Source: Eubacteriales bacterium
GTDB taxonomy: Bacteria; Bacillota; Clostridia; Oscillospirales; CAG-272
Length of the DNA stretch: 38,919 nucleotides
Assembly (NCBI GenBank): GCA_045119135.1
Contig: JBGVCY010000130.1
Location: forward strand, 1-38,919
Direction of reading: 5' to 3'
In this document: positions 10,372 to 19,205 of the stretch, one piece after another
Position numbering within the stretch: the stretch's first letter is position 1
How the letters are laid out: each line of letters starts with the position of its first letter
Notes under the pieces: generated by a model
Database searches by the model: none
What the model was told of the DNA's origin: nothing
Seen by the model: the letters and a program-made list of their open reading frames with translations, nothing else
Program-made: the position numbers and the translations under genes

Positions 10372-10390
10372 ATTGCCACGCATTGCCACG
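10372..10390 (+). promoter_or_regulatory. Tandem direct repeat ATTGCCACG x2 upstream of the pyr promoter
   Basis: ATTGCCACG occurs at 10372-10380 and 10382-10390, a 10-bp phasing. The repeat lies about 30-50 bp upstream of the -35 box. Confidence 0.35.
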
Positions 10391-10420
10391 AAAAAAGTCA
10401 AAATTACGGGGTGTTTCCCC

Positions 10421-10449
10421 TTGACAAATGGGCATATATATAGTAAAAT
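10421..10449 (+). promoter_or_regulatory. Sigma-A/sigma-70 type promoter of the pyr operon
   Basis: TTGACA (10421-10426), 17-nt spacer, TAAAAT (10444-10449), within a local AT-rich patch. Confidence 0.7.
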
Positions 10450-10502
10450 ATATAAGATAATGTATATCGCCTGCGGGCGATGGCGCGCGAGAGCGCACGT
10501 GT

Positions 10503-10560
10503 GGGATAGAAAACCGATTGCGGTTGGGGATCTTGTCGGTTTTCGGCGGATTCCTTTTTT
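10503..10560 (+). terminator. Leader terminator-like hairpin (candidate attenuator) upstream of pyrC
   Basis: GAAAACCGA (10509-10517) pairs with TCGGTTTTC (10536-10544). The stem is extended by GGGAT (10503-10507) pairing with ATTCC (10550-10554, one G-U). T6 follows at 10555-10560, 35 nt before the pyrC ATG. Confidence 0.5.
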
Positions 10561-10595
10561 CTAAAATCCCCATCAAAACAAAAGGAGGTCAAACG

Positions 10596-11816
10596 ATGAA
10601 AAAACTGATCGATATGCAGCATCTTGATAAATCGTTTCTCTCGGCTACCGAGTCTTTTCCGCTTTCCTCTTTTTCGCTTTGTGATGATGTTTCTATCGAC
10701 GTTTCCCGTTATACCGTTTTTCCCGGCTTTTGTGATGTGCATGTGCATTTCCGCGAGCCGGGCTTTTCTTATAAAGAAACGGTCGCAGGGGGCTCGGCGG
10801 CGGCAGCATACGGCGGATATACGGCGGTTTGCACCATGCCGAATCTCTCGCCTGTGCCCGACTCGCTTGCGCACCTGAAGGAGCAGCTTGACATCATCGC
10901 GCGCGATGCGTGCATCCGCGTTATCCCCTACGGTGCAATCACCGTGGGCGAAAACGGAAAGCTGCTTTCGGATATGGAGGAAATGGCACCCTTTGTGGTG
11001 GGCTTTTCGGATGACGGGCGCGGCGTTGCTGACGACGATATGATGCGCGCGGCAATGCTGACCGCCAAAAGCCTTGGCAAGCCCATCGTCGCGCACTGCG
11101 AGGATATGACCCTGATCAACAAGGGCGGCTATATCCACGACGGCGCCTACGCCGCCGCACACGGCCACATCGGCATCTCGTCGGAAAGCGAATGGCGGCA
11201 GGTCGAGCGCGACCTGAAGCTGGTCGAGGAGATCGGCTGTGCCTATCACGTCTGCCACATCTCCACCAAGGAAACCGTGGCACTCATCCGCGACGCGAAG
11301 GCACGTGGCCTGAACGTCACCTGTGAAACCGGTCCCCATTACCTGGTGATGGACGACAGCGACTTGCAGGAAGAAGGGCGCTTCAAGATGAATCCCCCCT
11401 TGCGCTCTGCGGCTGACCGCGAGGCACTGCTGGCGGGACTTGTGGACGGCACCATCGATATGATCGCCACCGACCACGCCCCCCACTCGGCTGAGGAAAA
11501 GGCAAAAGGCCTTGCGAAAAGCGCCTTTGGCATCGTGGGGCTTGAAACCGCCTTTGCGGTGCTTTACACCAAGCTGGTCAAAACCGGCAAGCTTTCGCTC
11601 GCACGCCTCATTGATGCGATGGCGATCGCCCCCCGCAAGCGCTTCGGCATTCCCTTCGGCAACGATTTCACGGTATTCGAGCTGGATGCCAGCTTCACCG
11701 TTGATCCCGAACAATTCCACGGCGCGGGACGCGCCACGCCCTTTGCGGGTGAAACCCTTTACGGCAAGCATCGGCTGACGGTCTTTAACGGACAGATCGT
11801 CGCCAACAACTTATAA
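10596..11816 (+). CDS. pyrC: Dihydroorotase
   Basis: DVHVHFREPG metal-binding motif and DHAPH motif. The track ORF starts at 10518, but ATG 10596 has an AGGAGG RBS (10583-10588), and the upstream part runs through the leader hairpin. Confidence 0.88.
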   Translation: MKKLIDMQHLDKSFLSATESFPLSSFSLCDDVSIDVSRYTVFPGFCDVHVHFREPGFSYKETVAGGSAAAAYGGYTAVCTMPNLSPVPDSLAHLKEQLDIIARDACIRVIPYGAITVGENGKLLSDMEEMAPFVVGFSDDGRGVADDDMMRAAMLTAKSLGKPIVAHCEDMTLINKGGYIHDGAYAAAHGHIGISSESEWRQVERDLKLVEEIGCAYHVCHISTKETVALIRDAKARGLNVTCETGPHYLVMDDSDLQEEGRFKMNPPLRSAADREALLAGLVDGTIDMIATDHAPHSAEEKAKGLAKSAFGIVGLETAFAVLYTKLVKTGKLSLARLIDAMAIAPRKRFGIPFGNDFTVFELDASFTVDPEQFHGAGRATPFAGETLYGKHRLTVFNGQIVANNL

Positions 11817-11835
11817 AATCTCGGAGGACAAAACA

Positions 11836-14800
11836 ATGGCTAAAAGAAAAGATCTCAAGAAAATCCTCATCATCGGCTCGGGCCCCATCGTGATTGGTCA
11901 GGCAGCCGAATTTGACTATGCGGGCACGCAGGCGTGCCTTGCGCTGAAGGAAGAAGGCTACGAGGTGGTGCTGGTCAACTCCAACCCCGCCACCATTATG
12001 ACCGATACCACCATTGCCGATAAGGTGTATATGGAGCCCCTGACGCTCGAGTATATCGCAAAGATCCTGCGCTACGAGCGCCCGGATGCCATCGTTCCCG
12101 GCATCGGCGGTCAGACGGGTCTGAACCTTGCCATGCAGCTGGAGAAGAAGGGCGTTCTGAAGGAATGTCACGTCGAGCTGCTGGGCACCAGCAGCGAATC
12201 GATCGAGCGCGCCGAGGACCGTGAGCTCTTCAAGGAGCTGTGCGAAGAGATCGGCGAGCCCACCATCCCCTCTGAGATCACCTACAATATTGACGAGGCA
12301 ATCGCCGCCGCCGATCGTATCGGCTACCCCGTGGTGCTTCGCCCCGCCTTCACGCTTGGCGGCACGGGCGGCGGCTTTGCCTATAACCGCGACGAGCTTG
12401 TGGAGATCGGCCGCAACGGCTTTGCCCTTTCTCCTGTGCATCAGGTGCTGGTCGAAAAGAGCGTGCGCGGCTATAAGGAAATTGAATTTGAGGTTATGCG
12501 CGATGCATCCGACCGCGCCATTACCATCTGCGGTATGGAAAACATCGACCCTGTCGGCGTTCACACGGGCGACTCGGCAGTGGTTGCCCCCATCCTCAGC
12601 CTTAACGATCACGATCTGAAGATGCTGAACGATTCGGCAATCAAGATCATCCGCGCCCTGAAGATCGAGGGTGGCTGTAACGTGCAGTTTGCACTCAACC
12701 CCACCACCAGCGAATACTACCTCATCGAGGTCAATCCCCGCGTTTCGCGCTCGTCGGCGCTGGCATCCAAGGCAAGCGGTTACCCCATCGCGCGTGTCAC
12801 GGCAAAGGTTGCCGTTGGTATGACCCTTGATGAGATCGGCATTGCCAACACCACCGCCGCCACCGAGCCCCGCCTTGACTACGTGGTGGCAAAGTTCCCC
12901 CGCTTCCCGTTCGATAAATTCACCTCGGCGCCCAACACCCTCGGCACCCAGATGAAGGCAACCGGCGAGGTGATGGGCATCGGCTCGAACCTTGAGGAAT
13001 GTACGCTCAAATCGGTGCGCTCGCTGGAGATCGGCGTGTGCCACCTGCATATGGCGAAATTCGATGCGATGACCGACAAGGAGCTGAAGGAATACCTTGC
13101 GGAATTCAAATCCGACAACCTCTTTGCCGTAACCGAGCTCTTGCGCCGCGGCACCTCGATTGACGAGCTGCACGACATCACCAAGATCACGCCCCTTTTC
13201 CTTGCATCCTTCCAGAAGATCGTGGATATGGAAAAGGCGCTCAGCGCCGCCAAGGGCGATGCGAAGGTGCTTGCCGCAGCCAAAAAGCTTGGCTTTGCCG
13301 ACAAATATATTGCAAAGCTGTGGGGTGTAAAGGAGCTTGACGTAACCAACCTGCGCGCCAAGAACGGCATCAAGCCCGTCTTCCGTATGGTCGACACCCT
13401 GCACACGGGTGCCTATATCCCCTACTTCTATTCGTCCTACACCGGCGAGCACGATTCCATCGTCACCGACAAGAAAAAGGTGGTGGTGCTGGGCGCAGGT
13501 CCCATCCGTATCGGTCAGGGCGTCGAGTTTGACTACTCCACCGTACACGCTGTAACCACCATCAAGAAATCGGGCTTCGAGGCGATCATCATCAACAACA
13601 ACCCCGAAACCGTTTCGACCGACTATACCACCGCCGACAAGCTCTACTTCGAGCCCCTCACGCCCGAGGACGTGATGGCGATTCTCGAATTTGAGGGCGC
13701 CGAGGGCGTGATCGCATCGCTTGGCGGTCAGACCGCCATTAACCTTGCCGAGCCGCTTCGCGACAGAAACGTGAAGATCATCGGCACCGATTGCGATGCC
13801 ATTGCCCGCGCCGAGGACCGCAAGCTGTTTGAAAAGCTTTGCCGCGAGCTGGGCGTGCCCCAGCCCAAGGGCTGTGGCGTTACCAGCATTGAGGAGGGCG
13901 TAAAGGCTGCCGCCGAGATCGGCTATCCTGTGCTGGTACGTCCCAGCTTCGTGCTGGGCGGTCGCGCGATGCAGATCGTTACCAACGAGCAGCAGCTCCG
14001 CCATTACCTCAAGACCGCGGTTGAGATCGACAAGGACAGACCTGTGCTTGTCGACCGCTATATCACGGGTAAAGAGGTTGAGGTCGATGCCATTTGCGAC
14101 GGCCGCGACGTCTTTGTGCCCGGCATTATGGAGCTTGTCGAGCGCACGGGCGTGCACTCGGGCGACTCGATCAGCGTTTACCCCTCGTTCAGCATCTCCG
14201 ACCGCGTGAAGGGCAAGATCCTGACCTATGCAAAGAAGCTGGGTCTTGGCTGCGGCATCGTGGGTCTGTTCAACATTCAGTTCATCGTTGACTCCAACGA
14301 GGACGTGTATATCATCGAGGTCAATCCCCGTTCCTCGCGTACCGTTCCCTTCCTTTCGAAGGCGACCGGTTACAGCCTTGCCGACATTGCCACCGAGGTC
14401 ATCCTTGGCAAGTCGCTCAAGGAGCAGGGCTTCTTCGACCTTTACCCCGCCGAAAAGCAGCGCTGGTACGTGAAGGTTCCCGTGTTCTCCTTCAACAAGA
14501 TCCGCGGTCTGGATGCTTACCTCTCGCCCGAGATGAAATCCACGGGTGAGGCGATCGGCTACGACGACAAATTCAACCGCGCGCTTTACAAGGCACTGCA
14601 GGCATCGGGTATGAAGCTGCAGAATTACGGCACCGTGTTTGCCACCATTGCCGACCGCGATAAGGAAGAGGCGCTGCCTCTCATTCGCCGCTTCTACAAC
14701 CTTGGCTTCAATATCGAGGCAACCGCAGGCACGGCGAAGTTCCTGAAGGAAAACGGCATCCGCACCCACGTGCTTGGCAAGATCGGTGACGGCAACAACG

Positions 14801-15012
14801 ATATTCCCGAGGCGATCCGTCAGGGTCACATCGCCTACGTCATCAACACCAGCGCCCCTGGCTCGGGCGGTAACCAGCAGCACGACGGTCACGAGATCCG
14901 TCGCCTGGCAACCGAAAACAACGTGACGCTCTTCTCCTCGCTTGACACCGTGCGCGTGCTGCTTGACGTGCTGGATGAAACCACCCTTCACATCTCCACC
15001 ATTGATGCGTGA
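11836..15012 (+). CDS. carB: Carbamoyl-phosphate synthase large subunit
   Basis: 1058-aa ORF with duplicated ATP-grasp halves (GSGPIVIGQAAEFDYAGTQA and GAGPIRIGQGVEFDYSTVHA) and a C-terminal MGS-like domain. GGAGG RBS present. Confidence 0.95.
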   Translation: MAKRKDLKKILIIGSGPIVIGQAAEFDYAGTQACLALKEEGYEVVLVNSNPATIMTDTTIADKVYMEPLTLEYIAKILRYERPDAIVPGIGGQTGLNLAMQLEKKGVLKECHVELLGTSSESIERAEDRELFKELCEEIGEPTIPSEITYNIDEAIAAADRIGYPVVLRPAFTLGGTGGGFAYNRDELVEIGRNGFALSPVHQVLVEKSVRGYKEIEFEVMRDASDRAITICGMENIDPVGVHTGDSAVVAPILSLNDHDLKMLNDSAIKIIRALKIEGGCNVQFALNPTTSEYYLIEVNPRVSRSSALASKASGYPIARVTAKVAVGMTLDEIGIANTTAATEPRLDYVVAKFPRFPFDKFTSAPNTLGTQMKATGEVMGIGSNLEECTLKSVRSLEIGVCHLHMAKFDAMTDKELKEYLAEFKSDNLFAVTELLRRGTSIDELHDITKITPLFLASFQKIVDMEKALSAAKGDAKVLAAAKKLGFADKYIAKLWGVKELDVTNLRAKNGIKPVFRMVDTLHTGAYIPYFYSSYTGEHDSIVTDKKKVVVLGAGPIRIGQGVEFDYSTVHAVTTIKKSGFEAIIINNNPETVSTDYTTADKLYFEPLTPEDVMAILEFEGAEGVIASLGGQTAINLAEPLRDRNVKIIGTDCDAIARAEDRKLFEKLCRELGVPQPKGCGVTSIEEGVKAAAEIGYPVLVRPSFVLGGRAMQIVTNEQQLRHYLKTAVEIDKDRPVLVDRYITGKEVEVDAICDGRDVFVPGIMELVERTGVHSGDSISVYPSFSISDRVKGKILTYAKKLGLGCGIVGLFNIQFIVDSNEDVYIIEVNPRSSRTVPFLSKATGYSLADIATEVILGKSLKEQGFFDLYPAEKQRWYVKVPVFSFNKIRGLDAYLSPEMKSTGEAIGYDDKFNRALYKALQASGMKLQNYGTVFATIADRDKEEALPLIRRFYNLGFNIEATAGTAKFLKENGIRTHVLGKIGDGNNDIPEAIRQGHIAYVINTSAPGSGGNQQHDGHEIRRLATENNVTLFSSLDTVRVLLDVLDETTLHISTIDA

Positions 15013-15020
15013 GGTCGACT

Positions 15021-15755
15021 ATGAAGCAATCTATCTTTGAGATCGTTACCAACACGGCACTCACCGCAAGCGTCTATCAAATGACGCTTCGCGGCGATAC
15101 CGCCGCCATCACCGCCCCCGGGCAGTTTGTGAATATCAAGCTCGCAGGGCGCTTCCTGCGCCGCCCCATCTCGGTAAACGATGTGGTGGGCGATACCCTG
15201 ACCATCATCTATAAGGTGGTGGGAAAGGGCACCGAGGATATGAGCCGTATGACGGCGGGCGACAAGCTGGACATTCTGTCGGGTCTTGGCAACGGCTACG
15301 ACACCGCGGTGTCGGGCGACAAGCCTCTGCTGCTTGGCGGCGGCGTGGGCGTGCCCCCGCTTTATATGCTGGCAAAAAAGCTGATCGCCGAGGGTAAACA
15401 GGTCAGCGTGGTGCTTGGCTTTAACCGCGCCGACGAGGTCTTCTTTGAGGACGAGTTCCGCGCTCTTGGCGCCGATGTTACCGTTACCACCGCCGATGGC
15501 TCGCACGGCACGAAGGGCTTTGTGACCGATGCCCTGCCCGCCGCATATTCTTACGTATACACCTGCGGTCCCGAGCCGATGCTGAAGGCAGTATTCGCCA
15601 AGACCGCTACCTCGGGTCAATATAGCTTCGAGGAGCGAATGGGCTGTGGCTTCGGCGCCTGCATGGGCTGCTCGTGCAAGACCGTAACGGGCAACAAGCG
15701 CATCTGTAAGGAAGGACCCGTTCTTCGAAAGGAGGAGATCCTATGGGAGAAATGA
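15021..15755 (+). CDS. pyrK: Dihydroorotate dehydrogenase B electron-transfer (FAD/2Fe-2S) subunit
   Basis: RRPISV FAD motif and C-terminal CGFGACMGCSC cluster motif. ATG 15021 with a GAGG RBS is preferred over the GTG at 15009, which overlaps the carB stop. Confidence 0.88.
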   Translation: MKQSIFEIVTNTALTASVYQMTLRGDTAAITAPGQFVNIKLAGRFLRRPISVNDVVGDTLTIIYKVVGKGTEDMSRMTAGDKLDILSGLGNGYDTAVSGDKPLLLGGGVGVPPLYMLAKKLIAEGKQVSVVLGFNRADEVFFEDEFRALGADVTVTTADGSHGTKGFVTDALPAAYSYVYTCGPEPMLKAVFAKTATSGQYSFEERMGCGFGACMGCSCKTVTGNKRICKEGPVLRKEEILWEK

Positions 15756-16660
15756 AAACCACCCTTTGCGGCATCACGCTGGAGAATCCCGTGATCCCCG
15801 CCAGCGGCACGTTTGGCTATGGCTATGAATTCGCCGAGCTGTACGACATCAACTGCCTTGGCACCTTCTCCTTCAAGGGTACCACGCGCGATCCGCGCTT
15901 TGGCAACCCCACCCCCCGCATTGCCGAATGCACCGCGGGCATGATCAACGCCGTGGGATTGCAGAATCCCGGTGTTGACAAGGTCATCTCCGAGGAGCTG
16001 CCCCGCATGCGCAAGGTCTTTCACAAAAAGGTGATGGCAAACGTCAGCGGCTTTTCGGTCGAGGACTACGTTTACACCTGCCAGCGCCTTGACCGCGAGG
16101 ATTGCGTTGGCTGGCTTGAGGTCAACGTCAGCTGCCCCAACGTACACGGCGGCGGCATGAGCTTTGGCACCAGCCCCGAGGCGGCTGCCGAGGTCACGCG
16201 TGCCGTCAAGGCAGTGACCACCAAGCCCGTGATCATGAAGCTTTCCCCCAACGTGACCGATATCGTGTCGATCGCAAAGGCGTGCGAGGAAGCGGGTGCC
16301 GACGGCATTAGCCTGATTAACACGATGATGGGCATGCGCATCGACATTGCGCGCCGCCGTCCCGTGATCGCCAACCGCAAGGGCGGCTTTTCGGGCGCCG
16401 CCATCTTCCCCATCGCCGTGCGTATGGTGGCAGATGTGGCAGGTGCCGTTAAGATCCCCGTGGTGGGTATGGGCGGCGTTTCCTCGGCAGAGGACGTTGT
16501 GGAAATGATGATGGCAGGTGCCTCGGCCGTTGAGGTGGGTGCCGCCAATCTGGTGGATCCCTTCGCCTGCCGCGATATCATCGCAGATCTTCCCCGCGTG
16601 ATGGAGAAATACAACATCCCCTCGCTGGAATCCATTATAGGAGTGTGCAAAAATGGCTAA
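15743..16660 (+). CDS. pyrD: Dihydroorotate dehydrogenase B catalytic subunit
   Basis: [10 protein letters not shown] and NVSCPNV motifs. AAGGAGGAG RBS 7 nt upstream. Overlaps the pyrK end by 13 nt. Confidence 0.9.
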   Translation: MGEMKTTLCGITLENPVIPASGTFGYGYEFAELYDINCLGTFSFKGTTRDPRFGNPTPRIAECTAGMINAVGLQNPGVDKVISEELPRMRKVFHKKVMANVSGFSVEDYVYTCQRLDREDCVGWLEVNVSCPNVHGGGMSFGTSPEAAAEVTRAVKAVTTKPVIMKLSPNVTDIVSIAKACEEAGADGISLINTMMGMRIDIARRRPVIANRKGGFSGAAIFPIAVRMVADVAGAVKIPVVGMGGVSSAEDVVEMMMAGASAVEVGAANLVDPFACRDIIADLPRVMEKYNIPSLESIIGVCKNG

Positions 16661-17351
16661 AGACGTAATCATTGCTTGCGATTTTGACAGCAAGGAAAAG
16701 GTATTCGCTTTTCTCGATCTCTTCACCGACGAAAAGCCCTTTGTAAAAATCGGTATGGAGCTGTTCTATGCCGCAGGACCCGACATTGTGCGCGAGATTA
16801 AGGCAAGAGGACACAAGATCTTTCTTGACCTCAAGCTTCACGATATCCCCAACACCGTAAAAAAATCCATGGCAGTGCTGTCGAGCCTGGATGTGGATAT
16901 GACCAACCTGCACGCCGCAGGTACGGGCAGAATGATGCAGGCAGCGCTCGAGGGTCTTACCAGACCCGACGGCACGCGCCCGATGCTGATCGCCGTGACG
17001 CAGCTGACCTCGACCGACGAGGAGACCATGCGCCGCGATCTGCTGATCAACGAGCCCATCGACAAGGTCGTGATGCACTACGCCGCAAACGCCAAGGCAG
17101 CAGGCCTTGACGGTGTTGTTTGCTCTCCCCTTGAGGCGGGCAAGGTACACGACACCTGCGGTAAGGATTTCGTTACCGTTACCCCCGGTGTGCGCTTTGC
17201 CGACGGTGACGTGGGCGATCAGAAGCGCGTGATGACCCCCGCCGAGGCGAAGAAGATCGGCTCGGATTATATCGTGGTGGGCAGACCCATCACCGCTGCT
17301 GCCGACCCCGTTGCGGCATACCGCCGCTGTGTTGCCGAGTTCCTCGGTTGA
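16653..17351 (+). CDS. pyrF: Orotidine-5'-phosphate decarboxylase
   Basis: [11 protein letters not shown] motif in a 232-aa ORF. Its start overlaps the pyrD stop by 8 nt. Confidence 0.9.
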   Translation: MAKDVIIACDFDSKEKVFAFLDLFTDEKPFVKIGMELFYAAGPDIVREIKARGHKIFLDLKLHDIPNTVKKSMAVLSSLDVDMTNLHAAGTGRMMQAALEGLTRPDGTRPMLIAVTQLTSTDEETMRRDLLINEPIDKVVMHYAANAKAAGLDGVVCSPLEAGKVHDTCGKDFVTVTPGVRFADGDVGDQKRVMTPAEAKKIGSDYIVVGRPITAAADPVAAYRRCVAEFLG

Positions 17352-17364
17352 AAGGAGATTTGAA

Positions 17365-18021
17365 ATGCAAGGCTATAAGAGAGAATTTATTCAGTTTCTG
17401 GAAAGCGCCGGGGTGCTGAAATTCGGCGATTTTATCGCCAAAAGCGGCAGACGCATCCCCTATTTTATCAACGCGGGCGAAATCAAGACCGGCGAGCATA
17501 TCGCAAAGCTCGGTGAATTTTACGCCAAGGCATACTTTGAAAAGGTAGGCAACAAAAAGACCGTGCTGTACGGCCCCGCCTACAAGGGCATCTCGATCGC
17601 GGTGGCATCCTCGATCGCGCTTGCCAAAGAGGGACTTGACGTTCCCTTCTTCTTCAACCGCAAGGAAGCCAAGGACCACGGCGAGGGCGGCATTTTTGTC
17701 GGCTACAAGCCCGTTGCCGGCGACGAGGTCGTCATCGTTGAGGACGTCATCACCGCGGGCACCGCGATCCGCGAAAGCATGGCAAACCTTTCCTCGCTTG
17801 AGGGCGTGAAGATCGCCGCCACCTTCGTGATGGTTGACCGCAAGGAAAAGGGCAAGGGCGAGCTTTCTGCTATGGCAGAGATCGAAAAGGAGTTCGGCTT
17901 CCCCGTTTACTCGGTCGTCGACGTGTACGACATCATCGAGTACCTTGAGGAGAATCCCGCAAACGAGGAAAACGTCACCCGTATCAAAAATTATCTCGCC
18001 GTGAACGGTGCGAAAGGATAA
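17365..18021 (+). CDS. pyrE: Orotate phosphoribosyltransferase
   Basis: PRPP-binding motif VVIVEDVITAGTAIRES. ATG 17365 with an AAGGAG RBS (17352-17357) is preferred over the track start at 17311, which lies inside pyrF. Confidence 0.9.
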   Translation: MQGYKREFIQFLESAGVLKFGDFIAKSGRRIPYFINAGEIKTGEHIAKLGEFYAKAYFEKVGNKKTVLYGPAYKGISIAVASSIALAKEGLDVPFFFNRKEAKDHGEGGIFVGYKPVAGDEVVIVEDVITAGTAIRESMANLSSLEGVKIAATFVMVDRKEKGKGELSAMAEIEKEFGFPVYSVVDVYDIIEYLEENPANEENVTRIKNYLAVNGAKG

Positions 18022-18024
18022 GAC

Positions 18025-19146
18025 ATGAAAAGCGTAATTGATATTCCCGATCTTTCGGCAAAGGAAGTAGAAGACCTGCTGGCGCTTGCGTCGGATATCA
18101 TTGAAAACCCCGCCAAATACGCCACCGCCTGCCACGGCAAAAAGCTGGCAACGCTGTTTTTCGAGCCCTCGACCCGTACGAGATTGTCGTTTGAGGCGGC
18201 AATGTACGAGCTGGGCGGCCACGTCATCGGCTTTTCCGAGGCAAAATCCACGTCGGCATCCAAGGGTGAAAGCATCTCGGATACCGCCAAGGTCATCAGC
18301 TGCTATGCCGATATCATCGCCATGCGCCACACGCACGAGGGCGCACCCCTGGTGGCATCCTGCGCCGCAACCATCCCCGTGATCAACGCGGGCGACGGCG
18401 GCCATGCACACCCCACCCAGACCCTTGCAGACCTGCTCACCATCAAGCGCGAGAAGGGTCGACTTGACAACCTCACGGTGGGCTTTTGCGGCGACCTTAA
18501 GTACGGCAGAACCGTGCATTCGCTGATCACCGCGCTCTCGCGCTTTACGGGCATCAAGATCGTGCTGATCTCGCCCGAGGAGTTGGCACTGCCCGGCTAC
18601 ATTATGCACGAGGTGATCCGCGCCAACGGTATGGAGTGCGTGGAAACCACCGATCTTGAGGCGTATCTGCCCGAGCTGGATATTCTGTATATGACCCGCG
18701 TACAGCGCGAGCGCTTTGCCGACCTTTCGGTCTACGAGCGACTGAAGGACAGCTATATCCTCACACCCGAAAAGCTGACCAGCGCCAAGTCCGATATGGC
18801 GATCCTGCACCCCCTGCCCCGCGTGAACGAGATCAGCGTGAAAATTGACGACGATCCCCGCGCGTGCTACTTCAAGCAGGTGAAAAATGCGAAATACATC
18901 CGTATGGCGCTGATCCTCACGCTGTTGCGTGCGGCAGAGGCGGCGGGCGAGCAAAAGCCCGAAACCCCGCCCGCCAAGCGCACCACGGCAAGAAAGCAGG
19001 TCGTGAACCTGTTTCGGTGTGAGAACCCGCGCTGCATCACCGTCACCGAGCAGGAGCTGGATCAGGTGCACCGCCTTTATGACGAGGCAAACGGCATCTG
19101 GCGCTGCGCTTACTGCGAGAAGAAGCTGAAGGTAGCAAGCAAATAA
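18025..19146 (+). CDS. pyrB: Aspartate carbamoyltransferase catalytic chain fused to a PyrI-type zinc-domain tail
   Basis: [13 protein letters not shown] and HPLPRVNE motifs in the first ~301 aa. A ~22-aa P/A/K/T-rich linker follows, then a 4-Cys module CENPRC...24...CAYCEK with PyrI Zn-domain spacing. Confidence 0.9.
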   Translation: MKSVIDIPDLSAKEVEDLLALASDIIENPAKYATACHGKKLATLFFEPSTRTRLSFEAAMYELGGHVIGFSEAKSTSASKGESISDTAKVISCYADIIAMRHTHEGAPLVASCAATIPVINAGDGGHAHPTQTLADLLTIKREKGRLDNLTVGFCGDLKYGRTVHSLITALSRFTGIKIVLISPEELALPGYIMHEVIRANGMECVETTDLEAYLPELDILYMTRVQRERFADLSVYERLKDSYILTPEKLTSAKSDMAILHPLPRVNEISVKIDDDPRACYFKQVKNAKYIRMALILTLLRAAEAAGEQKPETPPAKRTTARKQVVNLFRCENPRCITVTEQELDQVHRLYDEANGIWRCAYCEKKLKVASK

Positions 19147-19205
19147 CCCAAACAAAGCCTCCCTCGTTTTCCACTTTTCCTCTTATTTGTATAAGGAGAC
19201 TTCCT

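Noticed and set aside
10466-10500. Possible PyrR-binding loop (GCGCGAGAGCGC) in the pyr leader
   Set aside because: Only the central GAGAG resembles the PyrR site core (UCCAGAGAGGCU, as I recall it). The flanks do not match and no pyrR is present in the operon. A covariance-model scan would be needed to settle this.
11785-14991. 1068-aa ORF on the minus strand spanning carB
   Set aside because: Same reasoning: it is antisense to an unambiguous carB and has no independent signals.
19167-19175. Isolated DnaA-box-like TTTTCCACT between pyrB and the lipoprotein gene
   Set aside because: It is a single 8/9 match far from oriC with no partner boxes, so it is most likely chance.
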